Below are positions 49,270 to 60,190 of a stretch of DNA of 64,000 nucleotides, piece after piece. This DNA comes from Lama glama. Lineage: Eukaryota. Positions within the stretch are counted from its first letter, which is position 1, and every line of letters starts with the position of its first letter. The notes below the pieces were generated by a model. It was given only the letters and a program-made list of their open reading frames with translations, was not told the DNA's origin and did not search any database. The DNA is taken from positions 2,172,001 to 2,236,000 of the forward strand of contig CM052817.1 in the NCBI GenBank assembly GCA_028534125.1, read 5' to 3'. The position numbers and the translations under genes were made by a program.

Positions 49270-50013
49270 GACGGTCCTGCTTTCTTGTTTCCCAAAGACT
49301 GAGAATCAAATCTCTTCCCCAACAAAAATAAAAAGCTTAGTTTCCCCTGTAAATATTAAAATTCAGCTGAGGCAGGAAGCAGCCTTTCAAATGATGCAGG
49401 AGCCTCGTTAACACACAGATTTTATGTAATGAAAACTACTGACGTCTATGGAGCATTTAATATTTACCCTGTGCCAGCGCTGAGACTGAGGCCACGGTGG
49501 CCCCCTGACGGGGGAGGACGCTGAGGCAGGGAGGGGAGGTGGGCTGGCCCTATCACTCATCTGGTAGGTGACACCATCAGGGGTCGCCCCTGGGCAGCCT
49601 CTCTGTCTGCCAGGCTGGGGAGCCTCAGTGGAGCCCAGGGGGAGGTCAGAGTCCCCCAGGTGTGTTCTCTGGAGGCGGGGGCAGCTAAGGGAAGATGTGT
49701 GGTGGAGACGGCTGGCCAGCGCACCAGCAGGGCTGGCTGTTCTTTGGGGGAAAGGCACGCTCCTGAGTTGCCCTGTGTTGCAGGCCACCTTTGAAACACG
49801 CAACACTGACCCCCCTCCCCACTGGCCCTCCAAAGACCCTCAGCACCTGGCGGAGGTCCAGCTCCCTAGCGGGTGTCCAGAGCCCCTGGGACTGGCCAGC
49901 CTGCATCTCCAGCAACTTCCTGTCCACCCTGGACGCTCTGGTGACCTTGGCGCCCCACCCCTGCACATGGCTTCACCTTAAGAATTTCTAAAATTTATTA
50001 ATTTTACAAAGTT

Positions 50014-50156
50014 AAAGCTTTTTTGGGGGAGTGGGGAGGTAGTTAGGCTTATTTATTTACTTCTTTATTTAAACTTAATGGAGGTGCTGGGGATCGAACC
50101 CACGCTCACGTGCATGCTAAGCATGTGCTCCACCGCTGAGCTATATACCCGCCCCC
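50014..50156 (-). mobile_element. tRNA-Ala-derived SINE (camelid vic-1-like)
   Basis: The minus strand reads tatagctcagcggtggagcacatgcttagcatgcacg...ggttcgatccccagcacctcca. Perfect 15-bp TSD taattttacaaagtt at 49999-50013 and 50157-50171. Confidence 0.95.
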
Positions 50157-51801
50157 TAATTTTACAAAGTTCATTAATTTCTACAAAGACGTCCCTGGGA
50201 TCCTGGTGGGGACGTGCTGAGTGGATGGGTTTAGGGAGCACTGCCGATGGCGTCTCTGCTCTCTGTGGTCTCCTGTGGCTTCCTCCCCCCCCCACTTACC
50301 CACCACTCCGCCATTGTCCCCTGAGCCCCCTCTCCTCATCCAGAGCCACCCCTGCCCTCAGGGGGCTTGGGTGGCACAGGAGTTGGGGTTCTGGAGCTGG
50401 CCTTGGAGGTTGAGTAGGGCCAGACCCGAGGAAGGGGTCCCAGGAGGCGGTCCAGGTGAGGAGAGAGCCAGCTGAGGCCGGACGTGCAGGGCTTCGCCAG
50501 AGGCTCAGGGTCCCAGGGCCCAGGACCCAGGTGCCAAGGGCTTGCTGCCACCTTACTCCTCTTCTGAGTCTATAAAAGTCAAATAACCCTTGAAGACAGC
50601 GAACAGCCAACATTCCTGTAAATATTGACACATGGCTTATCCCGCCGGTAAACCAGAGCACGAACTCCGCAGGTGGAATTTCCCCAGATACTTGCACGTT
50701 GATCACAAATGTCATCCAGTCCAGCTCGACTAAACATTCCATGAAAATCACAGGATTAATTGGTTTGTCTCTTTATTGCCTTAAATACTTAAAAATGTAG
50801 ACAAAATCACAAACTGAGCGTGTCGAGCAGTTACAGAGCAACGTGTCCATACTTGTTTCCGGGCGGCATCTGCGCCTCCCCCTCCCCCTGTGTCTCCCAC
50901 CTGCCTGGAGCTACCTTTGCGGGGTGGGGCGAGGCGGGGGCAGGGGGGTGTCACATCCTGGAGCTCCAGTAGCACTGACTGAGCCACACAGGGTGACCCT
51001 GAGGCCTGGACACTCAGGCCTTATAGCAGGGACCTGGTGTGTCCCCAAACCTGTAGCTCTTGCGCATAAGCGGAGTCTGCATCTCTGAAGCACAGGGTTC
51101 TCACACCCGCCTGGGTCCATGGCTTCCTCCGCACTGCTCCCGGCGCAGCACGCTCCCCTGTGATGCTGTCTTTGGCTCTTGCTCCCCAGGGCTCCCGACC
51201 CAGCCGGGGATATTGAAGGAGGCAGCCTTCTAGGCTACGGGCTGAGGGTGCCGTGTGAAGGGCACTGTGGCCGCCTGGGGTGGGGGCAGATCCGGAACTG
51301 TTCCCTCGTCCCGATCTTGATGAGTCTTGGCTTTCTCAGGTCCGGTCCGTTGATTCGGTTTCCTGTAAACGTCTTCTCTTCTTTGGAAGACAAACACAGA
51401 TCCGTAATTTATAAACAAATACATGCTTAATAAACCAATTCCCCATGCATATTGCATCTCACCTATTTATTAAAACTGATGAAGGTGGACCCGATCTCAC
51501 GACATTCTTTAGCATCGTGGGTTTGTGTTCGGGGTAAATATAAGCTGCTTTAACAGGGAGACTCTAAACACAGTAGCTCAAAGAATCCAGTGTTTGGTTC
51601 TCCCACAGCTGCTCTGAGCTGAGGGTCCTCGGTCCACGGTCATGAGTATTCAGGGCTCCAGGTCTGTCCAGGATCACGTCTGCCTCATAGAAGCTGGGTC
51701 CAGCTTCTATGAGGGGGGAAGTGGGGACCCTGTTCAGCCTCACACCAGAGGTCTGTCCACAGAACCGTGGGTTCAGACAAAGTAGACACCAGAGGCACCC
51801 C

Positions 51802-51848
51802 TGTGTGTGTGTGTGTGTGTGTGTGTTTGTGTGTGTTTGTGTGTGTGT
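51802..51848. repeat. (TG)n microsatellite, interrupted
   Basis: Read directly. Confidence 0.95.
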
Positions 51849-52769
51849 TGGATACAAGAAGGGAATCCCCTCCTGCCAGCAGGAGAGAGGGGTGAGTCAG
51901 GGAGCTCCAGGCAGGCTCCCTGGAGGAGGTGGGAAGTGGTAGTCTTGGGTTCTTCATGACAGGTACGTTTCTTTTCCTGGAGCACGAGTGTGTGTGTGCA
52001 CGCGCGTGCATGTGGCTTGCTGGGAGAGGACCCAGAGGGCAGGAGGCAGGTCCAGGGCTCTGGCCTCGGCTAGCCAGGGCTGGAATCCGGCTGCGAGACT
52101 AAGCCCGGGGACCTCGCCGCCCTGAGCCGCAGGGCTCCTATCTGTCAGATGCGAGTAATGCTGCTGTGGGGTGGATCGGCCCCGTGGAGACTCTGTCCAG
52201 CGCGGACAGACAGAAAGACGCGGGCTCTGGAATTGCCATCATGGCTGTTTCACTGTTACGATGGTAATCTGTTGCGGCTGTGGGTGTGTGGTCCTCGGAG
52301 AAGAGCAGAGGGACCTGAGGGAGCCTGGACCTGCTGAGCTGGGGGAGGGGTAACCACTGGTCCGAACCCCCAGGACAGTCCCAGCTCCACTGGGGCCGGG
52401 TGGGGGTTGCCGGGAAGCTGCCTCTGGGACAGAGGCCCCCATCAGCTGGGGCAGACCTCAGTCCCTCCGAGTGTCCTCCACACCCGGAGGCTCTGGAACA
52501 TGACAACTGGCTCAGTGAATTCTACTCTGGTACAGAGTGAGCAGCGTGATTAATTTTTCATGTTCTGCTCGTCTGGGCATTGGCGCAGCAGCTTCTTTGT
52601 ACTTTGCCGGCTCTCCTCACCTGCCAAGCACTTAACCCTTGGGTGCTGGTGAGCAAGTTCCGGCTTTGCACCAGGGCCCGGCCCCTTGGAGCTCCCTCGG
52701 CGGCAGCCTGCCGGGTGCCCCCTCCATGGGAAGGCAGCCTGGGGCTGGGCACAGAGCCTGAGTTGTCGA

Positions 52770-52938
52770 CTCAGTCAGGCCTGGGTGGGAATCCAGGCTC
52801 TGCCTCTCTCGAGCTGCCCCTAGCCTCCCTGGACCTCCATTTCCCCAGCTGTAACATGGGTTCAGCAGTGGCAGCTGGGCTGCAGGGCTGAGGTCAGAAA
52901 AGGTACCACATGCCTGCACATAGTAGGTGTTCCACTCA
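52770..52938 (+). mobile_element. MIR SINE
   Basis: gaatccaggctctgcc...cctccctggacctccatttccccagctgtaacatggg...tgcctgcacatagtaggtg. Confidence 0.7.
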
Positions 52939-53254
52939 GGTTTGCGGGGAGGAGACCTGGGCAGAGGCCTGGGGCTGCGGACTCCGGAGGGGCAGGAGAC
53001 CCCGTGGGGGGGTGCAGAGGTGAGGGATTTGGGATTAATGGGGGAAGGGGTCTGCAGTGGGAAGTAACTAGACACGGGCATCTATGGAGCAGGTGCCCCT
53101 CCACGTTGCCATGGAGATGGGCTCCACTGGGAGCTGCTTGACAAACGCCCCCGCCAGGAGCAGACCCTGCTCTTGGTGGGGGCTCTGTTTTTACTGTTTC
53201 TGGCTCCATTTTAAGCTAATGTCTACTGGGCATTCACTGGGGGTCAGGTGTGCC

Positions 53255-53375
53255 CTGGGGTGACCCTGTGATCCTGGTCATCCCCATTTTACAGGTAAGA
53301 AAACCGAGGCTGGTGGAGTTTGTGGAATGTGCCGAGTCAGCAGGTAACAGGCATGTGAGTGGGGCTTGGGCAGCA
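53255..53375 (-). mobile_element. MIR SINE fragment
   Basis: catccccattttacaggtaagaaaaccgaggct is the MIR core. Confidence 0.75.
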
Positions 53376-54180
53376 GGGCTGAGGGGCCCTAGGAGGGGAC
53401 ACTGAAGAAGCCTCAAGGGCTCATGTCTGGACTCTATCCCGACTTGCTGTGTTGTGGCCTCAGGTCTGCTGGGAGGATGGTGGACCTCCGAGATCACACA
53501 GCCGTGTCCTGAGATCCTCTGGTGTCAGCTCTGCCTGGTTTCCTGGTTGATCTCTGGGCAGCGGGCAACCCCCCCAGTGCTGAGCGAGCAGGACAGAGCC
53601 CGGGCCACTAAGAGGGCAGGATGTCAGTGCTGGCACCTTCACAGATCATCCCGCGGATTCAATGCCTGGTCACCTTGGGATGGGCACCCCCACTACCCCT
53701 GCTGGAACCTTCCAGTGTGGCAGGCAGCCCCGAGCATCCTTAGAGCAAGGTTCCCTCTGGGCAGGGTCAGGAGGGAAGAGGCAGAGGAGCCGGGAGCCTG
53801 GGGGAGGGCCAGGACCCCCAAGGAGACAGACAGGAAAGACCTGCGTCTGTGCTGCGTGGCCCAGAGTGGCGGCTGCTGATGTCTGATTGCACATGTGCAC
53901 AGTCCTCTCTGCTGCCCGGGGCCCTGGGGACCAGCGGAGACTCAGGGTCTCGTCTGCACCCTGTGGATGAGGAGGCCCCACAGCTCTCTGCTCCTCTCCC
54001 AGGAAACTGGTCTGGAACGGGGGCTCCATGTCCCGAATTCATCTGATCCTCACTCTTCCCCCGAGGATGCTCCAGCTGGCCTGGGTCCCCCGGTGAGTGA
54101 GGAGGAGACAAGCCCTATCTCAAGGAGTGAAACCTGGGCTCCCCAAGAAACAGAAGTTCAGGTTGCAGAGAAGAGGAGTT

Positions 54181-54248
54181 GGGGAGGGGAAGGACAGGAG
54201 GGGAGGAGGTGGGGGAGGGAGGGGGGAGAGCAGGAGGGAGGAGGGGTG
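54181..54248. repeat. G/A-rich low-complexity tract
   Basis: Multiple G3+ runs, nearly all purine. Confidence 0.85.
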
Positions 54249-55099
54249 ATTCTCTGCCTCACGTCCCACTAGACCCTTCCGATGGTTCTCATGATGATTC
54301 TCCTTCCGTTCTTAGGGCCCTCAAAAGCTTTGGAGCCTCGAACTTGGCCCCGCCGGCCCCTGGGCTGCAACCCCAAAGAATGACGGGGTCTGTGAGGGCC
54401 CCTCAGTCCAGCCCCTGACCTGGGCCGTGGCCAGACACTGGGACCTGGGTGACCTGGAGGTCCTCCCCACGGTGGGGCCTGTGTCCCAGACACGTCTCCC
54501 ATGGGCTCCCTGGTCGGTCCCCTTTTGCCATCAGGCCTGAGGTCAGCTCTGGATGTCTGGTGGTCTTGGGGTTCCTGGGAGGCGGTGGGAGACAAGCAGA
54601 AACAGGGCAGGGGCTGATCTCCTCCACCGGTACCTGAGCCTAAAAGAGGGCAGGGCTCCTCTTGCTGCTCCAGTCTCCTCCTCCCTCCGGAGGGTGGGGG
54701 TCCAACCCCGGCCCGCTAGCAGACCCCCCAGGAGCCTGGTCTCCTGGGGGTGGGGCTTGGGCGCTGGAGCCAAGAGCATCCACGTGGGAGGGGTGGCCCC
54801 TCTTCTGTGGAGCCCAGCTCCTGATGGAAAGGAGTCGCTAAAGAGACAGTCATCACCTCCTGCCCCCGAGCCCGCATCCCGTCCCCTAAATAATTTAGAC
54901 AAACTCACATCCCTGTCACTGCGGCTGCCCAGAGCTCTTTTTATCAAAATCAGAGAACAGGAGGCGGCCACAGCCCGTCTGATTCGGGGAAGCTGCATAA
55001 TGCATGAGCCAAGACGGTTTCCCTCGGGCCGCCGCAGAATCTGAGCAGCTCAGCCTCCACCTGATGAAAATGAAAGTGAGTCTTTGCACTTTTCTTTAT

Positions 55100-55750
55100 A
55101 AATAAGGATTTGACTGCGGCTCCGGCCGAGCTGTTGGCGCAGATTTATGTGTAATTGGCTCGTGCTTTGGGGACTGTGGTTCCGTGCTGCCGCAGAATCG
55201 CTCATCTGGGGACGTGAACGCCGGCCAGGCCTCGGAGGTCGCTGGTTGGGCCTCCTCTCTGAGCCGGAAACAGCGATGTTCTTTGTTTCCCAGAAGAAAT
55301 TCCGGGAGACGCTGAGGCGCAGGGGGGCGCTGCGGGCAGGGAGGGGGGCGCTGCGGGCGGGGGGGGGGGCGCCCCCCGCGGGGCCTGGCCTCCTCTCCCA
55401 GGCTGGGGGCGTCTCAGCCGGAGGCGTGGGTGGCAGCTGGGAAGCGCACGGCTCCGTCCGCGCGTCCTCGGAGCTCTGCGCCCCGACACTGGGCCGCGCT
55501 TTTCTCCAGACCGGGACCACGTGCTCCCCCTTTTCTGGCCTCTGTTGCTGCTGATGGGAAGGCGGCCTCTGGTCCGAGCGTGCCGGCGCCTCTGTCTGGG
55601 GGGACTTTCAGGCTGTGCGCGCCCTCCTGTCTCACCTGCTCGGCCCACTGCACGCCTTCTATCTTCCACCCGAGGACTCCTTTTCCCGCCGTGCCGGATT
55701 ACGCTGTCATCCTCTGAGAACCGGCCCCCGGGCTCTCTTCTCGCCTGCAC
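55100..55750. promoter_or_regulatory. CpG-island-like region with internal 17-bp direct repeat
   Basis: Dense CpG; aggggggcgctgcgggc at 55321-55337 and 55342-55358. The right half overlaps a GC-shifted antisense L1 ORF1 remnant. Confidence 0.6.
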
Positions 55751-55928
55751 CAATGCTGGTTCTGTGCTGGGCTCCCCTCAAAGTGGCCTCCGTGCCACTA
55801 GCCTGCTCTCTTAACCTGCTCTCTGTTCTGGGGAGCACCTGTCCTACACATCGCCGGTTCTGCTTCTCAGCTGTGACAAGTCTGTATTGTCCACCTGTGG
55901 AATTATTTTGTTCAAAAACTACATTTCT
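55500..55928 (-). mobile_element. Old L1M ORF1 remnant, GC-shifted (resumes ~56565-56800)
   Basis: ttttctggcctctgttgctgctgatgggaag and ttctcagctgtgacaagtctg match antisense ORF1 landmarks. Confidence 0.65.
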
Positions 55929-55929
55929 G

Positions 55930-56563
55930 AACTGAAAACAGAACTACCATATGATCCAGCAATCCCACTCCTGGGCGTATATCTGGAGAAGATGAAAACT
56001 CTAATTTGAAAAGACACACCCCCCCCAATATTCACAGCAGCATTATTTACAATTTAGGAAGCAACCCAAACGTCTACTGATAGATGATTGAGTGAAGACG
56101 ACGTGGTGTACACATACATAACAGAACACTGCTCAGCCGTAAAAGAAGAATGAAATAATGCCATTTGCAGCAACATGGAGATGATCATACTAAGGGAGGC
56201 CCGTCAGACAGAGAAAGACAAATGCCATATGATATCAAACATATATGGAATCTAAAAATATGACACAAATGAACTTATTTATGGAACAGAAACAGACTCA
56301 CAGACATAGAAAAAAAACCTTACGGTTTCCAAAGGGGAAAGCGGGGAGGAGGGATAAATTAGGAATTTGGGATTAACACATACACACTACTTTGTATAAA
56401 ATAGATAAACAACGAGGACCTACCATACAGCACAGGAAACTATAATTCACTGTCTTGTAATAGCCTGTAATGGAACAGAATCTGGAAACACATAAGCAGT
56501 TGAATCACTTTGCTGTACACCTGAATCTAGCAATACTATGAATTAACTATATTTCAGTTAAAA
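55930..56563 (+). mobile_element. Artiodactyl-type L1 3' end (ORF2 C-terminus and 3' UTR)
   Basis: gaactaccatatgatccagcaatcccactcctggg; gggataaattaggaatttgggattaac; tgaatcactttgctgtacacctgaa; A tail. Confidence 0.92.
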
Positions 56564-56821
56564 ACCCTGTGCTTCTGATTTGCTACAGGTGTGCACCTTC
56601 ATGCCTGATGTTTCAGGCACTCCTGTCGCAGTCTCGTGGGTGCTAACTCCTTCTTTGCTTTGTGATGTCTCAGATGTCCCCTCCCACACACACTCCTCCT
56701 CTGAGGGGGACTCACTGTGCCCCGAGCTTGGCTTCCCAGGCCTCTTGCCTGTGGCCGGATCAGGCTCTCACTTGGCACCAGACGCTCCGTTTAGGCTCAT
56801 GCTCTGTGTGGCCAGTGTCCG

Positions 56822-57300
56822 TCACTGCAGCTTGAATGATGGCCTCCCAAAGACATCATGTCCTGATCCATGCTTTTTGTGAATGTGGCCTTATTTGGGA
56901 AGGGGATGTTTGTGGACATAGTTAAGGATCTTGAGAAGGGACCATCCTGGATTGTCCGAGTGGGCCCTAAATCCAAAGACAGCTCGGGGGAAATTTTCCT
57001 GTAGGAGAAAATCAGAGGGAGATTGGAGACAGACAGATGGCAGAAGCCCAGCACAGAGGAGGAGGCAGTGTGACCAGGGATGCAGACACTGAGTGATGCA
57101 GCCACTGGCCAAGGGAGGCCAGAGGCCACGGGAGCTGGAGAGGCAGGAAGGGTCCTCCCTTGAGCCTTTGGAGGGAGCGCAGCCCTGCCCACACCTTGAT
57201 TTTGGACCTCTGGACTCCAGAATTGGGAAAGAACAGATGACTGGTGTCCTGAGCCACTCATTTTATGTAAATTCATTAGGAGAGCCCCAGGACACTAATT
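56822..57300 (+). mobile_element. MLT1D-type MaLR solo LTR
   Basis: gttaaggatcttgag, gggccctaaatcca, ggagggagcgcagccctgcccacaccttgattttggac. Confidence 0.9.
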
Positions 57301-57864
57301 TAGTCATCTTGACCCAGAGGAATGGAGACCTCTCCTCCAGGGAGTTGCCCGCCCTACCTCACTGCAGCCCCGCTCCCCAGCAGCCCCAAAGCCCTCTGCC
57401 TTCTGAGCTCCACCCTCAGTCTGAAACCACAGCTACAAATGCAGCCTCTCATTAGATGGGCCTGTTAAGGAAACAGGGCCACTGGGTCACAGGATGCCAC
57501 CTGGACCCACTCGTGCATGCCTTTACATCCTGACAAACTCCCACAACATCAAAACCACAGCCTCAGACTCACAAATGCAAGAAGAATTGAAAAAAAAAAC
57601 CCATAAACTTGAAACAATATTTAAGATTTCAGAACACATCTCTGGCCGGTGAAGATGCTGCAGGTTTGCTGTCTGCAGGGGACCCTTGAAGCACATCTGG
57701 GAGGCGATGACAGACACGATGGGTGGAGCCTCCAAGGCGGGGGAGCATCTTACGACTGGAAATGGCTTCGGTGCTGATGCTGTGTCCCCACGTGACACGA
57801 GGCGTCCCGAGAGTAGGCTGTGGAGTCAGACGACTGACTTTGAAATCTGCTCCACGGGATGGAG

Positions 57865-59495
57865 CGACTGGGTCATGGAACCTGTGAGAAAGCACTGTGA
57901 GCAACTGTCTGCCAACCAACTGGATGACCTAGATGAAATGGACACATTCCCAGAAACACCAAACCTGCCAAGACTAAATCGTGAAGACTAGAAAATGTGA
58001 ATAGACCTGAAACTAGTGAGGAGGTTAAATCAGCAATAAAAGGACCTTCTGATGAAGGGAAGCCCTGGGCCCACGGCGTCACTGGCGCATTCTCCCAAGC
58101 ACGTGAAAAACTGCACCTGTCCTTCTTATACTTCCCTAAATTTGGAGTGGAGGCAACACTTCTGAACCCATTCTATGAGGCCAGCACTGCCTGGATGCCA
58201 AAGCCAGACAAAGACACAAGAAAAGAAAACCACAGACAGATACCGCTTATGAACACTGACGCAAAACCCTCAGCAAAATGCCAACAAGTGAAATCCAGCA
58301 GCATGTTAAAAGAATTCTACACCATGACCAACGGGACTTATTCCTGAAATGCAAGGATGGTTTAACACACAAAAATTGACCAGTGTCACAGACCCCATTA
58401 ACAGAGTGAAGAAAAAACACCCACGTGGTTACTTTAATTGATGCAGAAAGAGCATTTGACAAAATTCAGCACTCTTTCATGATAAAAACACTCAACAAAC
58501 CAGAAATAGAAGGAACTTATCTCAACATAATAAAAGCCATATGTGAACAAGCCCCAGTGAGCAGCAGTGGTGAAAGACTGAATCTTTCCTCTGAGATCGG
58601 AGACAAGGCAAGGACGCCTGTGTTCACCACTTGCATCCGACGTGGTGCTGCAAGTCCCAACTAGAGCAGTTAGTCAAGAAACAGAAGTACAAGGCATCCA
58701 AATTGGAAAGGAAGAAATAAAATTATGTCTGTTTGTGGATTATATGCTCTTTTGTATAGAAAGCCCTAGAGATTCCATAAAAAACTGTTATAGCTAATAA
58801 ATGAATTCAGCATAGTAGCAGGCTGCAAAGTCAGCACACAGAAATCAGCTGCATTTCTATACACTAAAGATGAACAATCTGAAAAGGAAATTACAAAAAT
58901 AATTTTATTTATAATAGCACTGAAAACAATAAAATACATAGGCACTAACTCAAGCAAGGAGGTGAAATACTGGTAAGATAAAAACTACAGAATATTGCTG
59001 AAAAAGTTAAAGAAGACATAAGCAAATGGAAATATAGCACATGTTCATGGGCTGGAAGACTTCACACTGTTAAGATGTCAGTATCACCCAAGTGACCTAC
59101 CGATGCGACCCCTATCAAAGTCCCCGGTGACGTTTTTGCAGACACAGACCAATCCGCCCACACGCACCTGGAATCTCCAAGCGACCTTCAATCGCTGAAA
59201 CAATCCTGAAAAAGAGCAAAACCACAGGACTCACACTTCCTAATTGCACAATTTACTACAAAGCTGCAGCGATGACAAAGCAGTGTGGTGCTGGCATAAA
59301 GACAGACATACAGACCAGGGGCAGATGGGGGAGTGAGTGCCTCACGGGGGCAGTTTCAGCTTTACAGGATGAAGAGTGGGTGGCGGCGGCGGCTGCACAA
59401 CAATGTGAATGTACCTAATGCCACTGAACTGCCACTTAGAAACGGTTAAGATGACAAATGTTTTGTTCTGTGTGTATCTAACCACAATGAAAAAA
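57865..59495 (+). mobile_element. L1MB-type element: decayed ORF2 RT region joined to 3' UTR
   Basis: ANQLDDLDEMDTF, KENHRQIPLMNTDAK, IDAERAFDKIQHSFMIKTL and a degenerate FADD (LFVDY, ~58730). L1MB 3' UTR acaatgtgaatgtacctaatgccactgaactg. Confidence 0.93.
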
Positions 59496-59509
59496 GTTGG
59501 GAAAAAAGT

Positions 59510-60190
59510 TCAGTAAATCTTTCAAGTTTTTAAACGTTTACGTCCTTAAGCCATTTCATTTTATCCATATATTTAAATTTCAGACAACACAGACCACCGC
59601 CTTCTTACAAGAGACGAGGAATTGCGCACCTTTATGTTCTCCCCCACCTTCCCGCTCACCTTGTCTTCACGTTTGTCAGCCGTGTTAACTTTTTTGCATT
59701 GTCGAGATTATTTTGTTCTGTAACCATAATGCCCCATTTATTTGTCTCTAAAATGAAAAAAAATTTTAACTCTTACCACTTCTGTTCCAGATTTTTCTTT
59801 GAGGATTCTCTCAGTTGGCCAGACTCCCTGAAATTATTTGAATACTTTTCCCACGAGAAGAGCTTATGCGTGTTCCATTCCGTGCATTCTTTCCCGTTCA
59901 AGGCTGTGCGCCTGTGGCCTCTACCTACGAAGCGGTTCTTGGGCTACACCTTCCTTCTTTCAGTTTTTTAAAAAGACATGTGTGTACTCTGTAAAGCACC
60001 CTCTGTGACTGCCTTGGGTCCGAGCGAGGCACGACAGCGTCGTCCCCACAGCCCGCCCTGTCGGCACGAAGGGCTCATTCTCGTCTTTCGTCCAGAGGAA
60101 GGGGCCCTCGTCTCTGACCGGGGGAGCTTGGGTTCCTGACGACGGTGTTGTCAGTCCAGTAACGCTCCTCCTGGGGCTAAATCGCGGCGT
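59510..60190 (-). mobile_element. HAL1/L1ME-like decayed fragment
   Basis: T-rich antisense LINE-like sequence, with ORF1 C-terminal landmarks near 59900-60050. Confidence 0.45.

Noticed and set aside
50070..50156. Possible functional tRNA-Ala gene (also 33200-33276)
   Set aside because: Both have SINE tails, TSDs and stem-disrupting changes, so they are retroposed SINEs.
51997..52010. 14-bp perfect palindrome tgcacgcgcgtgca
   Set aside because: Lies in a TG/CA/CG low-complexity run where such palindromes arise readily.
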